Below, one piece after another: positions 49,401 through 61,500 of a stretch of 64,000 nt of DNA. The notes under the pieces are model-generated. The model did not search any database and was not told the DNA's origin. It saw only the letters and a program-made list of their open reading frames with translations. Origin of the DNA: Macrostomum lignano (lineage: Eukaryota); assembly GCA_002269645.1 (NCBI GenBank), contig NIVC01000291.1, positions 620,001 through 684,000 on the forward strand, given 5' to 3'. A program made the position numbers and the translations under genes. Each line of letters starts with the position of its first letter. The first letter of the stretch is position 1.

Positions 49401-52083
49401 CGGCGCAGTTGACCGACACGTCGGTAGTCGGCGTCGCGTAGCCCGGCGGTGTCGCCTTGGATGACAGGCGGCCGCGGCGGCCTTTGAGGCTGTCCGAGCG
49501 GACAACTGGGGGGATTTCGAGAGTTGTTGGTTTGAGTAGTGGGTCATGTTTGAAACTGGTGGTTTGAGTAGTGGGTCATGTTTGAAACTGGTGGTTTGAG
49601 TAGTGGGTCAGGGTTGGGACTGGTGGTTTGAGTAGTGGGTCAGGGTTGGGACTGGTGGTTTGAGTAGTGGGTCAGGGTTGGGACTGGTGGTTTGAGTAGT
49701 GGGTCAGGTTTGGGACTGGTGATTTGAGTAGTGGGTCAGGGTTGGGACTAGTGGTTTGAGTAGTGGGTCATGTTTGGGACTGTTGGTTTGAGTAGTAGGT
49801 CAGGGTTGGGACTGGTGATTTGAGTAGTGGGTCAGGGTTGGGACTGGTGATTTGAGTAGTGGGTCAGGGTTGGGACTGGTGATTTGAGTAGTGGGTCAGG
49901 GTCGGGACTGGTGGGTTGAGTAGTGGGTCAGGTTTGGGACTGGTGATTTGAGTAGTGGGTCAGGACTTTTAGTGGTGGTGAGTCGGTCAGAGATGTGACT
50001 GACGCTTTGAGTAGTTTGGTGGATTAATTGCACTGGTGACTGATGATTTAGCTGGCAGGTTGTGAACCACCTTGATAACCTACGAGCACTGCTCACTCAC
50101 CCTCTTTGACCATTCCAACTTTCAGGCACTTGCGAAAGCGGCAATACTGGCAACGGTTTCTCCGTTTTTTATCGATTACGCAATCGTTGTTGTGCTGGCA
50201 GGTGTACTGAGCGTTCTTCTGGATTGTTCGCTGCAAATGCGATTAGGGAAATTCGGTGAGGGTAGGGCAGCTAGAAAAAATATTTGGCTGCACACATTCC
50301 GTGGTCCACAAAACACTTCACGTCACCACACCACACTATGGGGGGCAAGAGTTGCCCCGAGGCAAACGCGTCTGATACTCTCTGGGTTCGATTCATCGCG
50401 CAGCCACATTAATTTTGCGATTCCACACGAAAAATTTGTGATTCACACCAATTCCTGACGATTCACCAATGCCTGACGATTCACAAATGCCTGACGATTC
50501 ACCAATGCCTGACGATTCACCAATGCCTGACGATTCACCAATGCCTGACGATTCACCAATGCCTGACGATTCACCAATGCCTGACGATTCACCAATGCCT
50601 GACGATTCACCAATGCCTGACGATTCACCAATGCCTGACGATTCACCAATGCCTGCCGATTCACCAATGCCTGACGATTCACCAATGCCTGACGATTCAC
50701 CAATGCCTGACGATTCACCAATGCCTGACGATTCACCAATGCCTGACGATTCACCAATGCCTGACGATTCACCAATGCCTGACGATTCACCAATGCCTGA
50801 CGATTCACCAATGCCTGACGATTCACCAATGCCTGACGATTCACCAATGCCTGACGATTCACCAATGCCTGACGATTCACCAATGCCTGACGATTCACCA
50901 ATGCCTGACGATTCACCAATGCCTGACGATTCACCAATGCCTGACGATTCACCAATGCCTGACGATTCACCAATGCCTGACGATTCACCAATGCCTGACG
51001 ATTCACCAATGCCTGACGATTCACCAATGCCTGACGATTCACCAATGCCTGACGATTCACCAATGCCTGACGATTCACCAATGCCTGACGATTCACCAAT
51101 GCCTGACGATTCACCAATGCCTGACGATTCACCAATGCCTGACGATTCACCAATGCCTGACGATTCACCAATGCCTGACGATTCACCAATGCCTGACGAT
51201 TCACCAATGCCTGACGATTCACCAATGCCTGACGATTCACCAATGCCTGACGATTCACCAATGCCTGACGATTCACCAATGCCTGACGATTCACCAATGC
51301 CTGACGATTGTCTTCTGATTCACACCAATGCCTGAGGATTGTCTTCTGATTCACACCAATGCCTGAGGATTGTCTTCTGATTCACACCAATGCCTGAGGA
51401 TTGTCTTCTGATTCACACCAATGCCTGAGGATTGTCTTCTGATTCACACCAATGCCTGAGGATTGTCTTCTGATTCACACCAATGCCTGAGGATTGTCTT
51501 CTGATTCACACCAATGCCTGAGGATTGTCTTCTGATTCACACCAATGCCTGAGGATTGTCTTCTGATTCACACCAATGCCTGAGGATTCACCAATGCCTG
51601 ACGATCCCTGTTAAGGCACGATGTCGCCGAATGCGTTGTGCCAGGGTTCCCGCAGCCCTCCTTGTTTACACCAAGCCCCGCCATGCCGCACTACGGGAAA
51701 ACACGACCAGTTTTACCTTGAAGAATCCTTTGCAGCCCTCGCAGGTGCGCACGCCGTAGTGCTGGCAGGAGGCGTGGTCCCCGCACACCAGACACGCCAG
51801 GCCTTTCGAAGCGGCCTCGTCAGCGGACGATGATTCCAGGGTGTCGGCCGGCGAGCTGCGCCCGGAGCCTGCGGCTGCTGCCACAGCAGCGGAGGCCAGC
51901 GGCGCCAGGACCGGCTGCGCAGGCGAGGTGGCTGCCTCGCTGAACGCTGCTGATCGCGACTGCAGCCCTGTGAGGCTCGTCACAGGCGGCAGGGTGAAGC
52001 CGGGCAGCGGCTGGGGGTAGCTACTGAAGTCCAGCTGCGACTGCTGGCAGACAAACCTTGGCTGCTGCTCTTGTGACTGTTGT

Positions 52084-52115
<32 letters not shown>

Positions 52116-54379
52116 TTGCATGGCGAACTCCGATATGTGGCTGTGGGAGAGACAGAATTGGGTCGCAACTGACGGCTTCTCCTCCATCAGCGCATCCGTT
52201 GGCTCCATCTTCAGCAGCAGTGAAGATGAGGACTGCTGCAGCTGCAGCGGCTGATGCTGCAGTTCGGCGTCTCCGAAGCCAAGGAGCAGCTGGTTCTGGT
52301 GCTGATGGCTGTCGCATGTAGTTGACGACAGAAGGACGTCGCTAGGACTGTGCTGGTGCTGCTGAAGGTGTTGCTGATGCTGCTGGTGTTGCTGATGCTG
52401 CTGGTGCTGCTGATACTGCTGGTGCTGATTTTCGTCGTGGATCAGCGACTGCTGCCTGCGCATCAGCAGTAGCTGCTGCTGGCTGTCGTTAGCACCAAAG
52501 AACAATCCGTTATACGAAGTCAGAAGCGGCTGAAGATGCTGAGGATGCTGAGGATGCTGAAACTGCTGGAACTGCTGCTGCTGCTGCTGCTGCTGGGCCA
52601 GAACTCCGGCTGGAGGAAATGCGAAGGCCGACTCGACGCTCGAGGCGAAGTCGAAATCGGCCAAAGCGCCGTCCACCGCGTGCAGCGGTGATGGAGCCGG
52701 TGGAGACTGGCGGAGCTGGAACTGAGGCAGGGGTCAGGGTGAGAGAATGGCAGAGCTGAAACTGAGGCAGGGGTCATGGCGGAGCTGGAACTGAGGCAGG
52801 GGTCAGGGTGAGAGACTGGCGGAGCTGGAACTGAGGCAGGGGTCATGGCGAGAGACTGGCAGAGCTGGAACTGAGGCAGGGGTCAGGGTGAGAGACTGGC
52901 GGAGCTGGAACTGAGGCAGGGGTCAGGGTGAGAGAATGGCAGAGCTGAAACTGAGGCAGGGGTCATGGCGGAGCTGGAACTGAGGCAGGGGTCAGGGTGA
53001 GAGACTGGCAGAGCTGGAACTGAGGCAGGGGTCATGGCGAGAGACTGGCAGAGCTGGAACTGAGGCAGGGGTCATGGCGGAGCTGGAACTGAGGCAGGGG
53101 TCAGGGTGAGAGACTGGCGGAGCTGGAACTGAGGCAGGGGTCAGGGTGAGAGACTGGCAGAGCTGGAACTGAGGCAGGGGTCAGGGTGAGAGACTGGCAG
53201 AGCTGGAACTGAGGCAGGGGTCAGGGTGAGAGACTGGCGGAGCTGGAACTGAGGCAGGGGTCAGGGTGAGAGACTGGCAGAGCTGGAACTGAGGCAGGGG
53301 TCATGGCGAGAGACTGGCGGAGCTGGAACTGAGGCAGGGGTCATGGCGAGAGACTGGCAGAGCTGGAACTGAGGCAGGGGTCAGGGTGAGAGACTGGCGG
53401 AGCTGGAACTGAGACAGGGGTCAGGGTGAGAGACTGGCGGAGCTGGAACTGAGGCAGGGGTCAGGGTGAGAGACTGGCAGAGCTGGAACTGAGGCAGGGG
53501 TCATGGCGAGAGACTGGCAGAGCTGGAACTGAGGCAGGGGTCATGGCGAGAGACTGGCAGAGCTGGAACTGAGGCAGGGGTCAGGGTGAGAGACTGGCAG
53601 AGCTGGAACTGAGGCAGGGGTCAGGGTGAGAGACTGGCAGAGCTGGAACTGAGGCAGGGGTCAGGGTGAGAGACTGGCAGAGCTGGAACTGAGGCAGGGG
53701 TCAGGGTGAGAGACTGGCGGAGCTGGAACTGAGGCAGGGGTCAGGGTGAGAGACTGGCAGAGCTGGAACTGAGGCAGGGGTCATGGCGAGAGACTGGCGG
53801 AGCTGGAACTGAGGCAGGGGTCATGGCGAGAGACTGGCAGAGCTGGAACTGAGGCAGGGGTCAGGGTGAGAGACTGGCGGAGCTGGAACTGAGACAGGGG
53901 TCAGGGTGAGAGACTGGCAGAGCTGGAACTGAGGCAGGGGTCAGGGTGAGAGACTGGCGGAGCTGGAACTGAGGCAGGGGTCAGGGTGAGAGACTGGCGG
54001 AGCTGGAACTGAGGCAGGGGTCAGGGACCTGAGCTAGACCCCTGAGCTAGAGACAATGCAAGGTGAGAAGCACTGAAAGGCTGAGAAACAGTTTTGACAT
54101 AAATTTCCAGAAGTCCGACAAGCTGACAGATGCTCAGAGCCTCACCTGGTCGTGCAGCAGCATTTCCTGTTGTGCCCGGAACTGCCTCGCCTCTTCGTGG
54201 AAAGAGAGCCGAGCCGGAGATGCTGGCAGGCGGGTGCCAGTTAGATCAACCGCCAGCGAGAGGCAGAGAGAGCGGAGTTGGGCGCGCGCCTGTTGCGTCG
54301 AGGGATTCGCAGGGAAGGCGGGGACCCGGGATGATGCAGAAGAAGCCACAAAGCCTCGGCAGCTGGGGCAGGGAGGCAT
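46466..54379 (-). CDS. NR4A: NR4A-subfamily orphan nuclear receptor (Nur77/Nurr1/Hr38-like), 6 exons, about 801 aa
   Basis: complement(join(54146..54379,51717..52706,50101..50230,48962..49505,48604..48806,46466..46770)) = 2406 nt, phases consistent. DBD: [26 protein letters not shown]|[43 protein letters not shown]|[17 protein letters not shown]: [19 protein letters not shown]...RAAYR and [12 protein letters not shown]...YLSSLL. The first exon and start codon are tentative. Confidence 0.9.
46888..47580. repeat. Degenerate about 30-bp minisatellite (core TGGGAGGATCTGG), NR4A last intron
   Basis: Visible tandem copies with drifting unit sequence. Confidence 0.9.
48070..48595. repeat. 18-bp minisatellite (AGTGAACAGGCAGACTAC)n, NR4A last intron
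   Basis: Visible tandem copies with 31-bp variants. Confidence 0.9.
49527..49965. repeat. 32-bp minisatellite (GGTTTGAGTAGTGGGTCAGGGTTGGGACTGGT)n, NR4A intron
   Basis: About 14 copies. Confidence 0.95.
50453..51600. repeat. 18-bp minisatellite (GCCTGACGATTCACCAAT)n, about 47 copies, followed by a related 31-bp unit, about 9 copies
   Basis: Visible arrays in the NR4A intron between the two zinc-finger exons. Confidence 0.95.
52700..54026. repeat. 40-bp minisatellite (CTGGCAGAGCTGGAACTGAGGCAGGGGTCAGGGTGAGAGA)n, NR4A intron
   Basis: About 33 copies abutting the acceptor at 52707. Confidence 0.95.
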
Positions 54380-54949
54380 CGGCCGGTGATTGGGGGAGCG
54401 AGGCCACTTCCCCTCCAGCCGACGGTTCGCAAATCCGGCAAGCTCCCCCCCCCGGTTATTCCAGGCCTCCGAGGGCGCAGGGGGCCGGCGACAAGGTCGT
54501 GTGTGTATTGGAGCATCTCTAGGAGAATCTTAAGAATTCGGGCCGCTGCAACTGTGCGGATTTCGGGTCCGATCCCAACCGGGAATTCCTCCCGATGTTC
54601 CTTCCTTGATGCCGTCTTAGGTGGGAAAAAGATTTTTGGAGCCAGGAAGCAGTGAGGGGAAGCAGCGGTGTTCTGCTCGCTCTGGTTCGGGTGAAGCGCC
54701 TGGCCCGCAGACCATAAAGTGGGCAATTTGTTTCAAGCCTGCAGCCATTGCGCACATTCGCTCAGCTGTAGCGAGCGCGCAGTCTTGATTGATATTCCCC
54801 CTGCAGGGCGGCTGCATCTCTGCGGGATCTCTGCTGTGTTCAGGGCGGACTCCAGAAAAGTTTACTTCAATGCTGAATGTTGAGATGAAAAATGAAAATT
54901 TAGCTTCGCTTAGCTTAGCTTCAGAAAGGTAAGAATTCCAATTAAAAAA

Positions 54950-54951
<2 letters not shown>

Positions 54952-55015
<64 letters not shown>
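54952..55015. repeat. (GACA)n microsatellite
   Basis: About 15 units. Confidence 0.95.
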
Positions 55016-55016
<1 letters not shown>

Positions 55017-56483
55017 CTAGACACTAGGACACTCAAACAGTCTTTCCGCTTCACTAAGCAAGGACATATGTATGGGACGTGGGAAGCGGTCAGAACGCGG
55101 GGGCAACCAGTAATTCTTGCCCACCCTCGCAGCAAAACAGATTTAAAGAACGCAGGAAAACGCAGGAGGAAGGGGGCATCTCCAGCGCCGAGGCAGATTT
55201 ACAGAGCGGAGATGCCGAGAGAACGAAGTTGCAAAAAACACGAAATGGAAGAAGGCAGGGCAAAGCGAATCCAGCTGTCAGGCTCGGGCCAGACTCCCCT
55301 CTCATAAGTTGTAGCACCTGACAGGCAATAAGGCGGGACACGGGCGAGTATCGATAGCTTCATTGCCGCGTGCTGCGCAGGCCAATGAATGGGAGGGAGA
55401 GCGCCGGTGCTGGGAGATATCGAGATTACCAGCGGACGCTCCCAGCCCGGGGATTTCGGTGCGGCCATTCTGGCCCGGCTCGAACACGTGTGCTGCCGCC
55501 ACCGCTGCTGCATGAATGGGGCTGGCAGGGCAGGCACTCGCAACAAACACACAGCGATGACAGCATGCAGTTTTCGGGGTGAAACACTGCGAGAGCCTCC
55601 CTCCCCAAGTTCCATCCCGCGAGCCTGCAGGGATTCGGGAATATATAGTTCGACATCAGCAAATGCAAACGGCAACTGGTGCCCGCAGTCTGTGATTCCC
55701 ATTGCCCCATCCCCCCGCATTTCCAGGCTCCTGCAGCCCGTCAGGTCAGCCGCACCATGGCACTCTCCCACCCTCTCAGGCGGGGGCCAGGCAAGAATCT
55801 CTGAATGCTGCAAGTTTCACTTTCTCCGGACAACTATACACTTTTACGGGCTTGCAGCCTCCTAACCTCTCTCCATTCTGACTCCCAATGCGGTTCCTGC
55901 ACTGCAGACTGGGGGATTTCGCAGCGATAGGGATTGACTGTGGTGGAGGCGCTTGAGAGTTTAGACGCTCTGATATACAACTTTATATTGCACTGCTTGG
56001 TTCGGCAGGGTTCAATTGGCGACTACGCGGTGCTGACAGGCAACGAGACGAACGGAGAGCTGAACAGCTCCGCCATCGGCAGCGCTGGCACGGGACGAGC
56101 GATTAATAAAAGTAGGGCAGACGAAGCTGAGACCCACAGAGGGATCCTGGCTACCTCGTAACAAGTTTTAAGCCGAGACTGATGCATGTGTTATAAACAA
56201 AAAGGCGGGGGGGGGGGGCAGCAGCTCAGCGGTAAACACGTTTGACTCTCTGGTTCGATTCACACTAATGAGGACCAACCTCCAAGGCGCAGAGAGTGTA
56301 CATGCCAGGGCTGCTGTACACCCTGTGTGAGCGTGTGCCTGATCGTGCCTGCGCACAGTATCCACACGGTCGTATATGCTTAGGAGTCAGCGAAATGACC
56401 CGTCTAACCTTTTTCTGTATGCTCACAGCTCTCCTGCAAATGTCTATTTATTTATTAAAGTTGTGAAAACGCTACGTGAGTTG

Positions 56484-56641
56484 CTGAGTCCTGTACCCTT
56501 GTGGATCTGTCAGTTTGCTGAGTCCTGTACCCCGGTGGGTCTGTCAGTTTGCTGAGTCCTGTACCCTTGTGGATCTGTCAGTTTGCTGAGTCCTGTACCC
56601 CGGTGGGTCTGTCAGTTTGCTGAGTCCTGTACCCCGGTGGG
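56484..56641. repeat. 34-bp satellite, left arm (interrupted by the LINE)
   Basis: Units TCTGTCAGTTTGCTGAGTCCTGTACCC(TTGTGGA/CGGTGGG). The same array resumes at 62388. Confidence 0.95.
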
Positions 56642-57111
56642 CACGCGAAGGTGTATTCAGCACGCCAGTGAAGTATGAGACAGACCAGGCCTATGGGCTA
56701 CGGTCTGCGATGCTTCACGCCTGCCCCTATCTTCAGCAGGTCAAGGCTGGAGAGGGAGGTCTGCACCCGCTATTTGCCGCTGGCAGCCGCAGACCCCCCC
56801 CCTCACGCTGTTTCACAAGTCGACCCAGGGTACTCGTCCCCGCGTGTGTTCAAGGCAGACCCTAGGGCTGCTGGACAGACTGGGCTCCGACGCTGGCGAC
56901 CCATCCAGTGGCTTCGGCCGAACTTGGGTATGCGGGTCTGGCTTGCCAGCCTGCAGGCCGTGGTACTGCTTAACGTACCCCCTAATGCCTAAGGTGTTTG
57001 ACCGTGCCGATGGGCTGGAAGGCCGGGGGGTTGTCCGGTCGCTAGCGGTCCCTTTCTTTTTCTTCTTTCCTCTTTTTTTGTGACTCAGCTCACTCCTTCC
57101 CGCTTTCAGCT

Positions 57112-58570
57112 ATGGCGTCATCCGCCTCTTTAACCCCGCTGAAGCCGGGGCCCCGGCAACTCCGGCCGGTGACTCTGGCACCAGCGCCGCCCCACCGGGG
57201 GCAGATAGGCTTGCCGCCGGCTCGGCCGGTGACATGCCCGCACGCGCAACCGGGCCCTCCGCTGAGGCCCGACGCACCCGCAACCAACGCCGCAACGAGC
57301 GGCGACGGCGACTACGGGGTACTGCGGGCCGGCCACTGGCGGAGGGGAACCTAGGGAGGGCGAGGCTGCTGTTGGGCCGAAAGGAACCACAGCAACCCCT
57401 GCCCCAGGATACAACCCCCGCTGGTGAGCCACCCAGTATACCTGCTACAAGCGCGGCTGGGCCTTCGGGAACCGCCGCCACCAACTACGCCTCAAAGGTC
57501 AAGCTCCAACCGGCGGTCATCGTCTTCGGGGAAGAGCAGGACCTCACGGCCGACGAGCTCGACAGTGCCTGGCGCACCATCGATGCTGCGCTCATCGACC
57601 AGCTCCTGGCGGGCCGCCCTGTGAGCGTGGTCAAGTCTGCCAAGACCGACGGCTGCATCTTCATCTGGTGCAGCTCGGAGGAGAGCAGCCGCAATCTACG
57701 CGAGCTTCTGCCAAAGCTGAACTGGCCCAAGAAGCTCGGCAAGCTCGTCTTCGCCAGCGAGGGCGAACGACAAAGACCCAGCGCTTTCGCGTCTGGATCC
57801 CGGCCGGCAGTGCCATTAAGTCCGGAGATCAGCTTAGGCAAATATTGCTAAAGCTGCACCCCGACCTTGAGGTCAACGGGCTCCTTCACCACGCCACTTC
57901 CCGCAAGGAGAAGGGGGCTACGGTGATCCTAGGGCTCTCTGATGACTGGGCTAAGCGCTTGCCGCCTAAGTCCACAAATCATATTGGTCTGACTCAGCTG
58001 ACCATCCTCCGTTGCGAGGAGCGGAAAGCTGATGAAGCCAAGAATGCCAAGGCTTCCGAAACCGGAACTGGGGCCCAGGCTCCTCCGGCAAAGAAGCCGA
58101 GGCAAACGGCCGATCCTATGCCCGGTAAGGCAGTTCGCGCTGCTGAAACCGGAAATCGCAATCGCAGACCCGCCAGAGCACCCGGAGGTCCGGCCTGATC
58201 CAGCGCGCGCTGGACCAGGCCAAAACCTTCGTGCGCATCGTGAGCGGGCCCGCGCTTCTCGCGCTCCACCCCAACAGCCAGAAGGCCAGACTCTAAGCGG
58301 GGAGGCTCCGACCGACTGGTTCGAGTCTGTGACTCACCAGGAGGCTGGCGCCACCCGCATCGACCTGACCGACGAGGCAGAGGGGACGGGCAGTGACAGC
58401 ACCGAAGCACGCAGGGAGGCGACGGTAACGTCCACGCTGGGCTCACGTCCGCGGAGGACTCCACAGCCACCCTAACTGCTGAGGACGCTGAAACTCCCAT
58501 GGAGGTCTGCGGGTCACCCACCACTGAAAAGGAGGAGGATGACCTGCTCAACGATTCCCCAACTGCGTGA
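57112..58570 (+). CDS. Retrotransposon ORF1 (gag-like), about 5 apparent one-base frameshifts
   Basis: Protein-like text passes successively through ORF 57112, ORF 57234 (VKLQPAVIVF...FIWCSSEES), ORF 57668 (QRFRVWIP...GATVILGL), GLIQRALDQAKTFVRIV, ORF 58032 and PMEVCGSP...SPTA*TAA. Each step is a -1 shift. Confidence 0.6.
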
Positions 58571-58572
58571 TA

Positions 58573-61500
58573 ATGATCAGCAACCAGGGAATCCATTGCC
58601 TGCAGATTAATCTGCAGCACTGCGTCGCAGCCTCGGTCAACCTATGCGTTACGCCGAGCTCGACAAGCCGGGGCTCATCCTCGTCCAGGAACCCTGGACT
58701 CTCAGAGGTAAGCCTCAAAACGCCCCTGCTGGCTACAATTGTTTTTATACTTACCCTCGCGAGGCCAACCAGCCTCCCAGAGCTTGCATCTTTGCGAGCA
58801 AAACGCTCAGTGCGTGGCTCAGATCGGACCTGTCCAACAGGGACATCTGCGTCATCCAATCCGAGGACCTTCTTCCTGGGAAGACCACCCTCATTGCCTC
58901 GGTTTACCTACCAGGCGATGCTGCGGTCGTCCCCAGAGCCCTCGCTACGCTGGTAGAGCTCTGCTCTGCCAAAAACTACGAGCTCATGGTTGCCGGCGAC
59001 ATCAACGCCCACCACACTCACTGGGGCAGCACTGGCATTAATCAGAGAGGCGAAGACCTCCTAGCCTACGTTGCCTCTACGACCCTCGAGTTCTGCAACT
59101 CTGGGTCCACCCCTACCTTTGACAACGGACGGTGGTCGGAGGTGATCGACGCTACGCTCGCAACGCCCAGACTCTACCAGAGTATTGGGGCGTGGCGGGT
59201 GCTTCCAGTGTCCTCACTCTCGGATCACAAGTTCATCTCCTTCAACCTAATGGCCGCGCGTAGCGCAACTCGTGTTACGTGGAGACGGAACGCCAGAAAT
59301 ACTGATTGGGAAACCTTCGGGCTCGCCCTGAAGGAATTCCATCGGTCTCCTGGCCAACCATCCACGATCACGTCGTGCCGAGAGGCGGATGAGTGCGCGA
59401 CTGTTTTGACAGAGACGCTAACCGCCGCCTTTGAGGCGTCCTGCCCTTTAAAAGCCTATAAAGGGAAAAAATCGGCGCCGTGGTGGAATCCCGAGCTCGG
59501 CAACCTCCGTCGCAGGGCTAAGAGACTCCACCGCAGAGCAACTAAAACTAAGAGCCCTGCAGACCAAACCGCCTATCATGAAGCAATCCATGAGTTTAAA
59601 AGGCAGGTTAGGAATGCAAAGGCTCAAAAATGGCGACAATACTGTGAGGAGCTAGAGGGCTCACGCCCCACCTCCAGAGTTGTGAAAGCGCTCACGCTGG
59701 ACAAAATGTCTAAGCTCTCCTCGGTCAAACGCACCGACGGTACGTCCACGGACAACCCAGGAGAAACGCTTGATGTAATGCTCACTGCGTTTTTCCCCAA
59801 CGAGCCAGCTAACCAGACCACTCCGGATCACTCGGAGGGAGGTCACGCGCTGGCTGCCTCTATCATCACGGAGGACCGCATTGTGAGAGCGGCAAATTCC
59901 TTCAAGCCTTTCAAAGCCCCAGGACCCGACGGCATTGTACCGGCCCTCCTAAGAGAGGCGGTTAAATGCCCAGGCTTCCTGCGCAAACTTTGCAGCCTTC
60001 TTCGGGCATGCATCACGCTTGGTTATGTCCCACAGGCATGGACCGAGGCAAAGGTGATCTTTATCCCTAAGCCAGGCCGCCCGGACTACCATTCTATCAA
60101 ATCCTTCAGACCGATCAGCTTGACCTCCTCCCTGGTCAAGCTGATGGAGAGACTGGTGCTTTGGCGCCTTCTCTCTGTTGAGCTGAAGAACAAACCTCTC
60201 AGCGAGAACCAGCACGCTTTTCGGGCGGGTCGCTCCACTGAAAGCGCGCTGCACGTCCTGGTCGATAAACTCGAGAAGGCCGTGCTTGGTAATGGCTTTG
60301 CTCTGGGGATCTTCCTGGACATCATTGGCGCCTTCGATAACGTCCTCTTTGAGGCGTTCCGAAGAGCTCTTTGTGAGAGGCAAACGCACTCACATCTCAC
60401 CAGATGGATCATGTACATGATCAGCCATCGCACGGCCACCGCCAGTCTGCTGGGCTACCAGAGGACGGTCCCCGTCTGCAAAGGTAGCCCGCAAGGTGGG
60501 GTGCTGTCTCCAGTTCTCTGGAATATGGTCATCGATGAGCTCCTCCGGGATGTTCGGCCTGACCCCATTCTGAAAGTTGGATATGCGGACGATGTCACCG
60601 CGGTGGCATCTGGTCCGTCCCCTGATACCCTCAGGGACCTTCTTCAGAACTTTATCTACGCCGCTGAGCAATGGGCGGACCGCTGTGGTTTAAGGCTCTC
60701 TGAGACTAAGACCGCAGCGATCATGTTCACCAGCAGGACCAAGTGGCAGATTCGGCCGCTCACGCTTTACGGAAGGGAAATCCCCTTCTGCAAGCAGACT
60801 AAATGTCTGGGTATTACCCTGGATCACAGGCTGAACTGGTCACCCCACGTTCAAACAAAAGCCAAAAAGGCCTTCGCAGTCCTCGCGCAATTGCGCAGGG
60901 CTGTCGGCACCACCTGGGGGCTCACCCCCAAGCGCCTCTGGTGGATCTACACTGCAATGGTTAGGCCCGCTATCTCGTATGGCGGCTTGATCTGGGCTAG
61001 CGCCCTGCAGATAAAGACCTGTCTAGAGGCTCTCAGGAGAGCGCAAGGGCGCGCTTGTCGCACGATCATGAGCGCCCCTCCGTCTGCTCCTTACGATGGC
61101 CTCAACGCCTTCCTCAACATTCCTCCGCTGGACATCTTTGTCCGCAGGGAAGCGGCTAAGACTGCCCGCCGTCTAGCTGACGCTGGCATTCGAATCCAGC
61201 CCCATAGGGCCATGGCTAAGCGCAAGCTTCTGCCCCACGCTGACCTCTGCCTCAAGGACTTGAGAGACAGCGGCGGGCTCCACGTCCTGTCTGACGGCGA
61301 ACCCCGCACTCTCAACCTCTTTCAGCGCTACAAGGTCACCATCCCCTCTAGGGATGCTGCCAATGACCACTGGAATTTCCAGGAGGTCCATTGCTACACG
61401 GACGGATCCATCAAAGACGGTCGCGCCGGCTTTGGGGTCTGCATCATCATCAACGGCCGCGTAATTGCCACGCATGCCCAGCACACTGGTAGACTCTCCA

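Noticed and set aside
50443-51354. 303-aa (NRQALV)n and (MPDDSP)n ORFs
   Set aside because: They come from an 18-bp repeat within the intron between the two NR4A zinc-finger exons.
57112-58650. Programmed ribosomal frameshifting in LINE ORF1
   Set aside because: About five successive shifts without slippery heptamers is implausible. Sequence error or decay is simpler.
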